This document shows positions 26,813-37,618 of a stretch of DNA of 64,000 nucleotides, piece by piece. The stretch lies in NCBI GenBank assembly GCA_965216245.1, contig OZ244145.1:1804097-1868096 (forward strand), written 5' to 3'. A model generated the notes under the pieces. The model saw only the letters and a program-made list of their open reading frames with translations, was not told where the DNA came from and searched no databases. The first letter of the stretch is position 1, and each line of letters starts with the position of its first letter. A program made the translations under genes and the position numbers. The stretch comes from Chloroflexota bacterium. Its GTDB lineage: Bacteria > Chloroflexota > UBA11872 > VXOZ01.

Positions 26813-27193
26813 AATAAAGGTTACTTTGAGCCTCTTTGAGAAAGAGCGGCTTTCTTGGTTCGCTGCCAAGGCTAACTGCAGTGCCGCGCTAACTATCGGT
26901 ACGGAAGACGTAGGTTTGCGCTTGTTCTTTCGACGTGCGCATTTTCCAGCGAGACTGCGCTCGCCTCAGTGCATGCTTTAAATGTGCTTAGGTCATGGAA
27001 GATGCTCACTCGAGCAGATTTATAGCTGAGCACGTGATGCGCCTATTCTGACGGCGCGCGAGTACGCAGCTTGGCGTTATGTACTCAGTTGTAAGTTAAC
27101 GCAAATCCCCAAGCAACTACTCTCCTAATCGTTATGTATCATCACAGATAGTCGTATCGCACGTAAGTAAAGAATGCAAGAGGTAGCACATCT

Positions 27194-28459
27194 ATGTTCG
27201 AGAAGACCGCACTGGCAAACGGAATGCGCGTGGTCACCTCCACACTGCCGCATACGCGCTCGGTATCGGTGATTATATTGGTTCGTGCCGGTTCACGCTA
27301 CGAAAACGAGCCCGAGGCCGGCATTGCCCATGTCTTTGAACACATGCTCTTCAAAGGCAGTAAGAATTGGCCGACGGCGCAGATCGTGAGTGAGTCCATC
27401 GAGGGCGTTGGCGGGTCGATGAACGCCAGCACCGACAAGGAAGTGGTGGACTACTGGTGCCGGGTTGCCCAGCCGCACTATACGCTGGCGATGGAATTGC
27501 TCGCCGACATTTTTCTCCATCCGCTGCTCGAAGATGAAGAGCTAAAGCGTGAGCAGGGCGTGATCTTGGAAGAGTTGCGGATGTATCATGACGATCCACG
27601 TAGCTGGGTGAGTATCTTAAGCGACGAAATCTGCTGGCCGGGACACCCGCTGGGCCGAGACATCGGCGGCAGCCCCGAGACTGTGCTGGGTATTACATCG
27701 GACATGATCCATGATTACCGGGGCCGCATGTACAGTCCGCAGAACACCGTACTGTCGGTGGCAGGCAACGTCACACACGAGCAAGTTGTGGCTGATGCCG
27801 AACGGCTCTACGGCGCTTGGACGAACGGAGCGCCGGCGGATTTCCTACCCTGGGAGGGTAACGGACAGGAGCCGGCCGCAATCGGCGAAGGGCGAGAATC
27901 GGTGGAACAGATGACTATGCTGCTTTCGTTCCCGGGCCTTTCGTTGTTCGATGAAGACCGCTATGCTCTGGGCCTCCTGAATACCGTGCTTGGCGAGGGC
28001 ATGAGTTCTCGGCTCTTCTTGGAAGTCCGCGAAAAGCGCGGTTTGGCATACAGCGTTGGCTCGTATCCGCGTCACCAGCTCGACACCGGTATCTTCACAG
28101 TGTATGGCGGCGTTGATCCGGACAATGCGGCGGATGCTCTGCACTGCATCATGGACGAAATCAGAGGCCTGCAAAATCCGGTGCCGGAGACGGAACTGCG
28201 CAAGGCGAAGGAGTTTACCAAGGGACACCTTCTGCTTGGCTTGGAGAGTACGCAAAGCGTGGGCGGTTGGGGCGGCGTGCGCGAGCTCATTCACGGGGAA
28301 CTCATCACGGCTGATGAGGCAGTGGCCCGCGTCGAGGCGGTGACCGCGGACGATATTCAGCGAGTTGCCGCGCGCCTCTTTACTTCAAATGCCGTCAAGC
28401 TCGCCGTTATGGGCCCGCGCGATCTCAGCCAAGAACTACTGCCGATTGTGACACAGTGA
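27194..28459 (+). CDS. M16-family (pitrilysin-like) zinc peptidase
   Basis: Inverted zinc-binding motif HVFEHMLFKGS (HxxEH). Confidence 0.85.
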   Translation: MFEKTALANGMRVVTSTLPHTRSVSVIILVRAGSRYENEPEAGIAHVFEHMLFKGSKNWPTAQIVSESIEGVGGSMNASTDKEVVDYWCRVAQPHYTLAMELLADIFLHPLLEDEELKREQGVILEELRMYHDDPRSWVSILSDEICWPGHPLGRDIGGSPETVLGITSDMIHDYRGRMYSPQNTVLSVAGNVTHEQVVADAERLYGAWTNGAPADFLPWEGNGQEPAAIGEGRESVEQMTMLLSFPGLSLFDEDRYALGLLNTVLGEGMSSRLFLEVREKRGLAYSVGSYPRHQLDTGIFTVYGGVDPDNAADALHCIMDEIRGLQNPVPETELRKAKEFTKGHLLLGLESTQSVGGWGGVRELIHGELITADEAVARVEAVTADDIQRVAARLFTSNAVKLAVMGPRDLSQELLPIVTQ

Positions 28460-28492
28460 TCTGTTGACACCAGGTGCGGCGCCACAAGAATT

Positions 28493-29005
28493 ATGTACTT
28501 CGACGGAAAGGCACATCCATTTCGCCAAGGGCACTGCTTCAAGGTCTCGGCTGCCTTGCTGGGTATCTTCGCGCTCGCGTGCCTGCTCTTGGCGGGATGT
28601 TCGCTTGGTGGCGATGAGGGCCCACGCTTGGAATTCGGGAGCAGCGTGCGTCTTAACAGCGGCGGCAATACGGCGATTACAGTTGTGGTGCGGAACGTCA
28701 GTGATCGGCTCTATACTCATGAGGAGGACATTGACGGGCGCGGCGAAGTGTTCAATGGCTCGGAACAGTTACTGGCGCGGTTTGCGCAAGTACCGGTCGA
28801 ACGGCTCGCGGCGGGCGAGGAGACTACAATCGCCACATGGCAGGGCGTCCTCGAAGAGGGCACTTATCTCATGCGCTGGACAACACCCCGCCACGGCGGC
28901 GTGGAACTGGAATTCACTTTGCTGAAGCGCTTTGGGGTTCTGGAAGTCGGCACCTATCGTGAACGGCAGATCGCCCCTGATGTTGCTGCTTCGTCTGCGC
29001 CGTGA
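28493..29005 (+). CDS. lipoprotein, unknown function
   Basis: LLAGCSLGG lipobox. Confidence 0.45.
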   Translation: MYFDGKAHPFRQGHCFKVSAALLGIFALACLLLAGCSLGGDEGPRLEFGSSVRLNSGGNTAITVVVRNVSDRLYTHEEDIDGRGEVFNGSEQLLARFAQVPVERLAAGEETTIATWQGVLEEGTYLMRWTTPRHGGVELEFTLLKRFGVLEVGTYRERQIAPDVAASSAP

Positions 29006-29123
29006 TTCTAGGCGAGGTCGCACTCTTCTACACTGCTCGCTTTGGAGGATAGTCACAGAGCGCGCGTCACTCTAGTAGGAGCAGCCAAGATTGCGCTGAG
29101 TCATCAGTCTACGCAATGGGCGG

Positions 29124-29981
29124 TCAATCCTGAGCTATTTTGGCGGCGCATTCTTGCTTACGGGCTTTGAGGACGATACCCACCGAGGAAGTTTCGTCGG
29201 TACGCGCGTTTGGCGGGTCGTCAAATGCATACAGCAGACTTCGTGCCCACCGAAGCAAGCGAGAGTTGCCTTGCTCCTGATCAAACCGGTTGCATGAGGG
29301 CAAGAATCCTCGTTCGATGATGTTCTTGCCGATCCCATAGAGCAAGAAGTGGGCGAACGGCAGGCAGCGCGGCGTAGTTAACCACAGGTTTTCGAGCGCA
29401 AATCCGGCAGCGCGCACACGGCCGGTTAGCTCTGGCGCTGTATAGAGGCGCACGTGATCCGCCCAGATGCCGGCAAGCCACCAGATGTGTGCCGGCACGT
29501 GCGTACCGAAAACATGCTCTAACACCCAATTGAGCGGGTCCCACATGAATGGGTACTGCCGGTTGGGGACTGATATGAGAAGCGACCCTCCTTCGCGGAG
29601 CACGCGACTCAGTTCCATAAGCACAGTACCGTCTTCCACGATATGCTCCAGGACTTCGGAGCATACAATCGCGTCGAATTCGCCTGACGCAAAGGGGAGC
29701 GATCGAGCGTCTGCACGCGCAAACTGCACGGCCATGCCGCGTGTGTGCTCTACGGCTGCGGTGAGGTAGTCACGGCTAAAGTCCACGCCGACCACGGCTG
29801 CCTGGGGATAGAGTGCGGCAATTGCTCTGGCGTAGTAACCGCGACCGCAGCCCACGTCGAGAATTCGGCCGGCGCCGGCAGGCTGAACGTGGCGCAGGAT
29901 CAGCGCAGCTCTTGCGGCAAACGCCGGATCGAGTTCATGTGCCAAGAGAGCGGCTATGTTGCTGTCAAATGTAGTATTCAA
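29124..29981 (-). CDS. class I SAM-dependent methyltransferase
   Basis: ILDVGCGRGYY motif I. Confidence 0.75.
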   Translation of the reverse strand: MNTTFDSNIAALLAHELDPAFAARAALILRHVQPAGAGRILDVGCGRGYYARAIAALYPQAAVVGVDFSRDYLTAAVEHTRGMAVQFARADARSLPFASGEFDAIVCSEVLEHIVEDGTVLMELSRVLREGGSLLISVPNRQYPFMWDPLNWVLEHVFGTHVPAHIWWLAGIWADHVRLYTAPELTGRVRAAGFALENLWLTTPRCLPFAHFLLYGIGKNIIERGFLPSCNRFDQEQGNSRLLRWARSLLYAFDDPPNARTDETSSVGIVLKARKQECAAKIAQD

Positions 29982-30333
29982 GATTTGCTAGCTTCAGATG
30001 CTGGCTTGCAAGTGACTGCTTTGGCATGAGCTATGCATTGAGTGAGCGATTGTCTGCAGCGAACGCGCTGAGCTCAAGCATAGAGTAGGTATTCGTCTTG
30101 CGGCATCCCTCGCTCCGGCTGGTTTACAGCGTAGCGTCGCGCCTACAATAGTAGTAGCATACGTGCAGTCTGCCGGTAATAGTCTATCCTATGTCGTTCA
30201 TGATCTCTCCCTAGGTTGCCGAACGCCAGACGAGCACGCGCACCCTGGGGTCGATTGACAACTATTCATGCCGTGAGTTGGCGACTTTCCCTCTAGAACA
30301 CATTCTGGAGGGTACGCACGTAGACAGAACACC

Positions 30334-31515
30334 ATGCGAATACTTTATCTCACAACCTACTATCTTCCGCACAGCAGCGGGATTACCGCTTACATGCACC
30401 GCGTCGCGCGGGGGCTGGTTCAGCGCGGCCATGCGGTCACGGTGCTGACGTCCCGCCACAATCCCGCATTGAGTGAGGAAGAGTGGCTGGAGGGAGTTCA
30501 CGTCATCCGTTTGCCGGTGCTTTTTACCGTTAGCAAAGGGCCGGTGATGCCCGCGTTCTTCAGGGTGCTGCGCCGGTACCTCGAGGCACACGACGTTGTG
30601 CACGTCCACCTCCCCTTCTTTGAGGCAGCCTATGCGGCCATGATGAATCGGGGCCGCAGACCGCTGATTCTCACAGTGCATACTGATCTCCATCTGCCCG
30701 CGGGTATCATGAATCGACTCGCAGGCACAGCAGTCAACGTGATGCAGCGTTTCGCGGCGGGCCGTGCGGATTGGCTGTGTTCCTATACCTGGGACTTTGC
30801 CCAACACTCCTACCTCCTGTCCGGATTCCTCGAAAGAGCGGTAGTCATTCACCCGCCGGTGGAAGTTGCCGCAGCGTCGCCCTCTGATGTGGCCGCCTTC
30901 CGTCGGGAGCATGGCTTCGAGGGCGCGCTCATCGGGTTTGCGGGACGATTCGCCGAGCAGAAGGGGCTCCACGTGCTATTCGATGCTTTGGATGCCATAC
31001 AGCGCCGCATGCCTCACGTGCGCTTGGCGCTTGCGGGAGAATACCGCAACGTTGTTGGCGAGAACTACTATGCGCGGCTGCGTCCGCGACTTGACGCATT
31101 TGGGAATCGCGTCGTGCTTTTGGGGCATCTGGAAGGGAAAGCACTTGCCAGCTTCTATGCGGCGTGCGACGTCCTTGCGTTGCCGAGCATCAATCCAATG
31201 GAGTCGTTCGGCATCGTGCAAGTCGAATCCATGCTCTGCGGCACTCCCGTCGTCGCTTCTGACATCCCCGGCTGTCGTCAAGCGGTGCGCCTCACAGGCA
31301 TGGGCCGTATTGTGCCGCCTGGTGATGGCGCTCTGCTGGCGGAGTCTCTACTTTCAGTGCTGGAAGATCCCACCCGGCATGCAAAGTCGCGCGAAGAGAT
31401 AACCCGGGTTTTCAACTACGAGCGCACCGTAGACTTGCACGAGGAGCTCTATCGCACGAACCGGATCGTCCAAGATGACCGTGCTTTCGAGCTGGACGCC
31501 GCAGCCCCGTCGTAA
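30334..31515 (+). CDS. GT4-family glycosyltransferase
   Basis: GT-B fold with C-terminal E-x7-E-like motif (ESFGIVQVESM). Confidence 0.8.
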   Translation: MRILYLTTYYLPHSSGITAYMHRVARGLVQRGHAVTVLTSRHNPALSEEEWLEGVHVIRLPVLFTVSKGPVMPAFFRVLRRYLEAHDVVHVHLPFFEAAYAAMMNRGRRPLILTVHTDLHLPAGIMNRLAGTAVNVMQRFAAGRADWLCSYTWDFAQHSYLLSGFLERAVVIHPPVEVAAASPSDVAAFRREHGFEGALIGFAGRFAEQKGLHVLFDALDAIQRRMPHVRLALAGEYRNVVGENYYARLRPRLDAFGNRVVLLGHLEGKALASFYAACDVLALPSINPMESFGIVQVESMLCGTPVVASDIPGCRQAVRLTGMGRIVPPGDGALLAESLLSVLEDPTRHAKSREEITRVFNYERTVDLHEELYRTNRIVQDDRAFELDAAAPS

Positions 31516-31535
31516 CGCCGAGAGCCAATAGTGGA

Positions 31536-34500
31536 ATGATTCGCACGGAAACTTCAGAAGCAACGCCCAGGCGCGAGCGCCCTTCAATTCGCAAGCTGGC
31601 TCAATACGCATTTGCGTTGGGACTATACGTGGTCTGGCAGCACGGCGCGTGGCTGCTTCTCGCCTTGGCGTTGCTAGTGGGGGCGTGGTTTCGGTTCACC
31701 GGCCTGGACTGGGATGCCGGCACGCACCTACACCCGGATGAACGCCACATCACCATCACGACGGCGCAAATCCAGTGGCCGGAATCCATCGCGCAGTACT
31801 TCGACACGGAGACCTCACCGCTCAATCCCTACAACCAGGGCATCGGTTCATTCGTCTACGGCACGCTGCCAATGTTCGTCACGAAGGCCGCAGCCGGCAT
31901 TGTGGACAAGGAAGCCTACGACGGGATTCACCTCGTCGGCCGCTTCGTAACGGCCCTGCTGGACACGCTTACTATCCTGCTTGTCTTTCTCATAGCGCGC
32001 CGGCTCGGCGGGCTTTGGGCCGGTGCATTGGCCGCCGTACTCTATGCGTGCGCGGTGCAAGCGATCCAGCAGGCGCACTTCTACACCATGGATGCCTGGG
32101 TTACGTTTTTTGCTACGTTTGCGCTCTGGTGGGCGCTCCGATGGCAGGAAGAAGGCCGCTGGTACAATCTCGTCGGCGTTGGCGTCATTGCCGGCATGGC
32201 CCTGGCAAGCAAGCTCGGCGTGGCGACGCTGGCAGTGGCCGTCGGCGTTGCATTCTTGCTGCGCGCCTGGCGGGAGACGCGACCGCCGGCCCTGGCGATC
32301 ACCTTCCGCCTGCTCGTGCGTTTTGGCAGCCGCGTGCTTCTCGGAGGAGCGATTGTATATGTCGCCCTGCGCCTCTTCTTGCCGTATGTCTTTGCATCCG
32401 GGTCCCTATGGGATCCACGGCTCAATCCCCGTTATACCCAGGACATCGAAACCCTGCGCTATCTGGCCGGGGGCACTGCGGACTTTCCGCCGTCGTATAG
32501 CTGGTCTGCCACCAATTACGCGTTGTTTCCTATCGAACAGATGTTTCGCTGGGAGATGGGGTGGGCGCTAGCGATAATCGCGTGGCTGGGGCTGCTCTGG
32601 GGCATCTGGCGCATCGTGCGGCACGGCAACCTGGTTTTCGCGCCTGTCGTGGTGTGGGTGGTTGTGCATTTCGGATACCAAGCGGCCCAATTCGCCAGAC
32701 CCGGTCGCTACTTCCTGCCAATCTACCCGGCTTTTGCCGTACTAGGCGGGGTGTTTCTGTGTTGGTTCGTTTACCAACTTTCCCAGGGGAATGTCCACGC
32801 CTGGCTGCGGCGCATTGGACGACAGTCACGTTATTTTCGTGGCGTGCTTGCTCCGCACTTGATACCGGGCGGGCATAGACCTCGCCCACGCTGGCTGCCC
32901 TATGCCGGACTGGGCTTTGCAGCCGTCGTCCTGCTAGGCACGTTTGCATGGGCCTTGGCGTATTCGCGCATCTACGCCGAGCCGGTGGCGCGGGTGCGGG
33001 CTAGTGAATGGATATACCAGGAGGTACCGGCGGGCGCGGTGCTCGCGGAGGAACACTGGGATGATGCGCTTCCGCTGCGGCTTCCCGATCAAGACCGCGC
33101 TCCGGAGCGCTTCCAATACGTCCAACTCCCCGTTTTCGCCCCGGATACGCGCGAGAAACTGGAGCAGATGATACAGGGGCTGATTCAGGCCGACTACATC
33201 GTCGTTAGCAGTAACCGTACCCACGGCGTTATTCGGCAGCTTCCCGCGCGCTATCCCATGACAGCGGAGTACTATCGTCACCTCTTTGCGGGCACACTCG
33301 GCTTCTCCCCCGTAAGGACGTTCACCCACTTCCCTCGCCTGTTCGGTTGGGAGATCGACGATAGCGCGGCGGAGGAGCAATTCATCGTATTCGACCACCC
33401 CACGGTCCACTTGTTCGTAAAGACCGACAGCTTTGATCCGGCACGTGTGCGCACAATGCTTGCGCCGCACCTCACGACGCTGCCCCAAGCGCTCACACCG
33501 GGGCAACTGACCTATAACGGACTCCTGCTTACTGCAGCGCAGCGCGAGGGTCTTAGAGAGGCCGGCACGTGGTCGGACTACTTCAACCGCAACAGCATCG
33601 TGAACGCCGTGCCGTGGCTTGTGTGGTGGCTGGCTACTCTGCTCCTGGGCTGGATAACGTGGCCGTTGCTGTGGCGCATTCTGCCCATGACTCCCGACCG
33701 CGGCTATCTGCTGGCGAAGAGTATCGGGCTACTTTTGCTCGCGTATATACCTTGGCTGTTGGGTAGCAGCGGCGTGCTCACGGCCGGCCGCGCCAGCACC
33801 TGGCTTGCTATCGCCCTGCTAGCAGCGGTCAGTGCCTGGATTCTAAGCCGCACGTGGCAGCGATTCGTGCATTTCTTGAAACAGCAGCGAGCGGAAGTCG
33901 TCATCAGCGAAGTAGTCTTCACCGGCGCCTTTGTATTCTTCCTCTGGGTGCGCCTGACAAATCCCGATCTCTGGCATCAATGGTATGGCGGCGAGAAGCC
34001 CATGGACTTCGCCAACATGAACGCCCTCATCAAAGCCGGCGGGTACCCGCCCTATGACCCCTGGTTTGCGGGCGGTTACATCAACTACTACTACATGGGG
34101 CATCAGGTGTTCAGCACGCTGATCCGGTGGCTCGGCATCGTGCCGTCGGTGGCCTACAACCTGGTGGTGCCGCTGGTAGCCGCCTTGCTCGCGGCGAATG
34201 TCTATACATTTGGGAGTACGGTGTGGCGAAAAGCAAACCGCAATATGCGGCTACTCGCGGGGCTTGGCGGTGTCGTCTTCGTTACGCTCCTCGGCAACTT
34301 GGATGCCGCGATGCAATGGTTCTTGCGGCTAACGGCGAATGCGGCACCCGATCGCTTGCCCGCCGGCGGCGCGTGGCTCGGGGAAACTTTGGGCAACATC
34401 CTGCGCGGGGAGCCGCCGCCCGGCTTCGACTACTGGCATAGCACGCGCCTGATCGAGGGCGCCATTCATGAATTCCCCTTCTTCAGCTTCTTGTACGGCG

Positions 34501-35921
34501 ATCTGCACCCCCACGTGCTGGCGCTGCCGTTCACCATGGTATTGCCGGTGCTTGCCTTAACGTTTGTCTTGAGCTACCGCAATAACGACGCTGACGAAGC
34601 GCAAGCATCCGGAGCCGCCGTGCTCGTGTGGCTGCGTCCGCTCCTGCGGTTTCCCACGTTGCCGCTCTTGCTTCTTGCCGGTTTTGTGCTGGGTTTTCTG
34701 CGCACCGCCAACACGTGGGACTACCCTACCTACGCCTTGCTCCTCGGCGGCGCGGTGGTGCTGGTCGAGCGCCGCGGCCTTTTCCGCCTGGAGATTCCGG
34801 CGGGGGTGCGCGTCGGCACGGCGGCTATCGGGCTCTTTCTTATCGGACGCATAGCCTTTGCCCCATACCTCGACCATTACCAGTCGTTCTTCCTCGGCGT
34901 GCACACTACCGATTTCCAAACTCCGCTCTGGCAGTACCTCGTAATTCACGGCGTGCTGCTCTTCTTTGTCGCGCTGTTCCTGCTGCGCGAGCTGTTCCGC
35001 TGGCGCACCGCGTTCGATATCCGGCTTGTGGGCATTTTGATCGTGCTGCAGATTGCGGTAGCCAGTGTACTGTGGCAGCGGCCCATCGTGCTCTTGCTTC
35101 AGATCAGCCTCGTGCTGGCGCTGCTGGTGGCGCTGCTTCCCCAAGCGAAGCGTCCCACCCGCTTGCTGGCCGGTATGGTCGCGTTGGCGGCGCTTCTGGG
35201 AATCTTTCCAGAGTTCTTCGCCATAGATGGAGACGTGGGACGCATGAATACCGTCTTTAAGTTCTATCTGCAGTCTTGGAACCTGCTGGCGTTAGTAGCC
35301 GCCGCGACCTTACCGTTTCTTTGGCAGCAGGTAAGCTTGCGGCGTTTCATCCTGCCTCTCGGCGGGCTGCTCGTTCTGTTGGCGCTTATCTACCCGCTTT
35401 CGGCCATACCCAGCCGTGCCCAGCACCGGTTGGCGCCGGACCTCGTGACGTTGGATGGCGCGGCGTTCATGGAACAGGCCGTGATTGTCGATCAGGACCG
35501 CGAAATCCCGCTGAAGTGGGACCTGGAGGCGATTTACTGGCTGCAAGACAATGTTGAAGGCACGCCCACGATGCTGGAAGCGACTATCCCGTATTTCCGC
35601 TGGGGCGCGCGCGTATCCATCCACACCGGCCTGCCCACGGTGCTGGGTTGGGATTCTCACCAGTGGCTCCAGCGCTGGGAGTACCGCCCCATGATCGAAC
35701 AACGCAGGCTGGACGTCCAAACCATATATGAGACCGCGGACTTTGACCTGGCGCTGAAGCTCCTACGGCAGTACGGCGTGGACTACATCTATCTGGGGGA
35801 CTTGGAACGCGCCTATTACACGGGCCCCGGCCTGGGGAAATTCGAGCTGTTGGGCGAATTTGGGATCACGCCCGTCTACCGCAACGACCGGGTAACGATC
35901 TACCGCCTGGAACGAGATTAG
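31536..35921 (+). CDS. very large polytopic membrane protein (DUF2298-like, 1461 aa)
   Basis: Dozens of TM helices with a YYYMGHQ motif; immediately downstream of the GT4 gene. Confidence 0.6.
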   Translation: MIRTETSEATPRRERPSIRKLAQYAFALGLYVVWQHGAWLLLALALLVGAWFRFTGLDWDAGTHLHPDERHITITTAQIQWPESIAQYFDTETSPLNPYNQGIGSFVYGTLPMFVTKAAAGIVDKEAYDGIHLVGRFVTALLDTLTILLVFLIARRLGGLWAGALAAVLYACAVQAIQQAHFYTMDAWVTFFATFALWWALRWQEEGRWYNLVGVGVIAGMALASKLGVATLAVAVGVAFLLRAWRETRPPALAITFRLLVRFGSRVLLGGAIVYVALRLFLPYVFASGSLWDPRLNPRYTQDIETLRYLAGGTADFPPSYSWSATNYALFPIEQMFRWEMGWALAIIAWLGLLWGIWRIVRHGNLVFAPVVVWVVVHFGYQAAQFARPGRYFLPIYPAFAVLGGVFLCWFVYQLSQGNVHAWLRRIGRQSRYFRGVLAPHLIPGGHRPRPRWLPYAGLGFAAVVLLGTFAWALAYSRIYAEPVARVRASEWIYQEVPAGAVLAEEHWDDALPLRLPDQDRAPERFQYVQLPVFAPDTREKLEQMIQGLIQADYIVVSSNRTHGVIRQLPARYPMTAEYYRHLFAGTLGFSPVRTFTHFPRLFGWEIDDSAAEEQFIVFDHPTVHLFVKTDSFDPARVRTMLAPHLTTLPQALTPGQLTYNGLLLTAAQREGLREAGTWSDYFNRNSIVNAVPWLVWWLATLLLGWITWPLLWRILPMTPDRGYLLAKSIGLLLLAYIPWLLGSSGVLTAGRASTWLAIALLAAVSAWILSRTWQRFVHFLKQQRAEVVISEVVFTGAFVFFLWVRLTNPDLWHQWYGGEKPMDFANMNALIKAGGYPPYDPWFAGGYINYYYMGHQVFSTLIRWLGIVPSVAYNLVVPLVAALLAANVYTFGSTVWRKANRNMRLLAGLGGVVFVTLLGNLDAAMQWFLRLTANAAPDRLPAGGAWLGETLGNILRGEPPPGFDYWHSTRLIEGAIHEFPFFSFLYGDLHPHVLALPFTMVLPVLALTFVLSYRNNDADEAQASGAAVLVWLRPLLRFPTLPLLLLAGFVLGFLRTANTWDYPTYALLLGGAVVLVERRGLFRLEIPAGVRVGTAAIGLFLIGRIAFAPYLDHYQSFFLGVHTTDFQTPLWQYLVIHGVLLFFVALFLLRELFRWRTAFDIRLVGILIVLQIAVASVLWQRPIVLLLQISLVLALLVALLPQAKRPTRLLAGMVALAALLGIFPEFFAIDGDVGRMNTVFKFYLQSWNLLALVAAATLPFLWQQVSLRRFILPLGGLLVLLALIYPLSAIPSRAQHRLAPDLVTLDGAAFMEQAVIVDQDREIPLKWDLEAIYWLQDNVEGTPTMLEATIPYFRWGARVSIHTGLPTVLGWDSHQWLQRWEYRPMIEQRRLDVQTIYETADFDLALKLLRQYGVDYIYLGDLERAYYTGPGLGKFELLGEFGITPVYRNDRVTIYRLERD

Positions 35922-37516
35922 CGCTTGAGTTTGCGTCGTATGGCAAGCAGGCTTAGGGTGATGAGAATTGGGCTAAGCACCAGTTGTAGTATGGCCATAA
36001 GCTGCTGCGTCCAGTGCGAAAGGTCAAGTATAGACACTCGCAAGAGCGTTAGCACGCTAAGACTATGTAGGAGAGATAGCCCAAGCACATTAAGACTGGG
36101 CGGCCAGCTTGCGTATACAAGGGTGGTTATCCCCAATAGGAGCGAGAGGAATACAAGGGGCTTCCACCAGTTTTCTCCGTAGTTAGATAGGTGAAAATAG
36201 AGAGCCTCCAGAGAGAGAATCTCCCGTTTGCCTCTTGGCTTAGGAAGGCGTCGCATTTCCATTTCGCCAACATAGAACTCGCTAGCTCCGGCATAGTCTC
36301 TACGGTCCTCAAAGTTTCTCCTTAAATCCCGGTAAGTGTTCTCTAATCGTTCCCACTCGTCTTCTCTTGGAACTCCACCGCTAACTGCCGATTGGCCATC
36401 CGTTGAAACGTTACTTCCCGCGATCACTTCTGACTCTGCGTCAATTCCCTCTGTACCCCAATTTGGCTTGCATCCGCGCAACGCCAATTCATCATAGAGC
36501 ACACGTTGTCGGTTGAATGCTTTGTTCCAAAGACAGGCAATGAGTTCAACTTTGTCCAAGCTGTAACAATAATAGAAAGAGACATTTCTGAGGTCTGCAT
36601 TGCGAAACGAAACGCGTTCCATGTTTGTTTCCCAAAAGCAGACATTCAGACTTATTCTTTTACTTTCTCTTGTGGGGGAACCGCCAAAACGTGCCAAGCG
36701 CGCAAAGTTTGCCCGAATGAACCTCGTTGCACCCAGAAGGGTGGCGTTGCGAAAGTCCGCCTCTTCACTAAACAGACATTCTGTAAATGTAATCGTGGAG
36801 CTGCTTTCAACTTCAACAAAGTAACAGTTGTGACTAAATGTCGTGCCTGAAAACTCGGCACTAGAATGCTCGCAGAACTCTACTCTTCTAAAGCTGACAG
36901 GACCCTTGAAATGCGCATTTGAAAACCTGGATGTAACTTCGAAAGTTGAGTCCCTAAAATTTGCGTGGCTTTCAAACTGAGCGCCGAAGAAGCTGATTGC
37001 TCCAATCACAGAGTCCCACAGTTCGTCAAGATTTTCCTCAATTCGTTCACTTCTGATAAAGGACGCTTCCCTGAAATCTACACCTCCACCAAACTTAGCC
37101 TTAATGAAACTGACGTTTCCGCGAAACTCAGTTCCTTTGAAGATCGCACTTCTGTCAAACTCAATCTCGTCGAAATACGTCGGGCCTTCGAATTCTAAGT
37201 CTGAGAAGTCAACATCGCCCGAGAAGTGCGCACCCGTAAAGTCCGCATTCTCCAACCGCAAGTTGCGAGCAGAAATCCCTTTAGGGAACACAAAGCCTCT
37301 GTAGTTTGCGTCGCGCTTACGTTCGAGTGCTTCGGTGAATGCTTCAATTTCCTTTTCACTTGAAGCGGGATCTTGGACGTGGAATAGGCAATAGGGCCCA
37401 CCTTTGTAATGCCAACCATCGATGCGAGGCTCATGACAGCCCAACTCTTGTCCTTCTAGGCGATCATCATGTAAGTGCTCTGGCAATTGGTAGTTACAGG
37501 GTTCATCGGAACTCAT
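35918..37516 (-). CDS. pentapeptide-repeat protein with Cys/His-rich N-terminus and C-terminal TM helices
   Basis: Long runs of A(D/N)(L/F)xx pentapeptides and two C-terminal hydrophobic helices. The gene region looks AT-richer than its flanks. Confidence 0.6.
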   Translation of the reverse strand: MSSDEPCNYQLPEHLHDDRLEGQELGCHEPRIDGWHYKGGPYCLFHVQDPASSEKEIEAFTEALERKRDANYRGFVFPKGISARNLRLENADFTGAHFSGDVDFSDLEFEGPTYFDEIEFDRSAIFKGTEFRGNVSFIKAKFGGGVDFREASFIRSERIEENLDELWDSVIGAISFFGAQFESHANFRDSTFEVTSRFSNAHFKGPVSFRRVEFCEHSSAEFSGTTFSHNCYFVEVESSSTITFTECLFSEEADFRNATLLGATRFIRANFARLARFGGSPTRESKRISLNVCFWETNMERVSFRNADLRNVSFYYCYSLDKVELIACLWNKAFNRQRVLYDELALRGCKPNWGTEGIDAESEVIAGSNVSTDGQSAVSGGVPREDEWERLENTYRDLRRNFEDRRDYAGASEFYVGEMEMRRLPKPRGKREILSLEALYFHLSNYGENWWKPLVFLSLLLGITTLVYASWPPSLNVLGLSLLHSLSVLTLLRVSILDLSHWTQQLMAILQLVLSPILITLSLLAIRRKLKR

Positions 37517-37618
37517 TGCGAAGTCTCTCGAGAAAACCTAAGTGGTATAAGAATGCCGACTGCATGTTTCCGGTTACAGCAGCCGGCATACTATTGATAG
37601 ATACATGGAGAATCTTAC

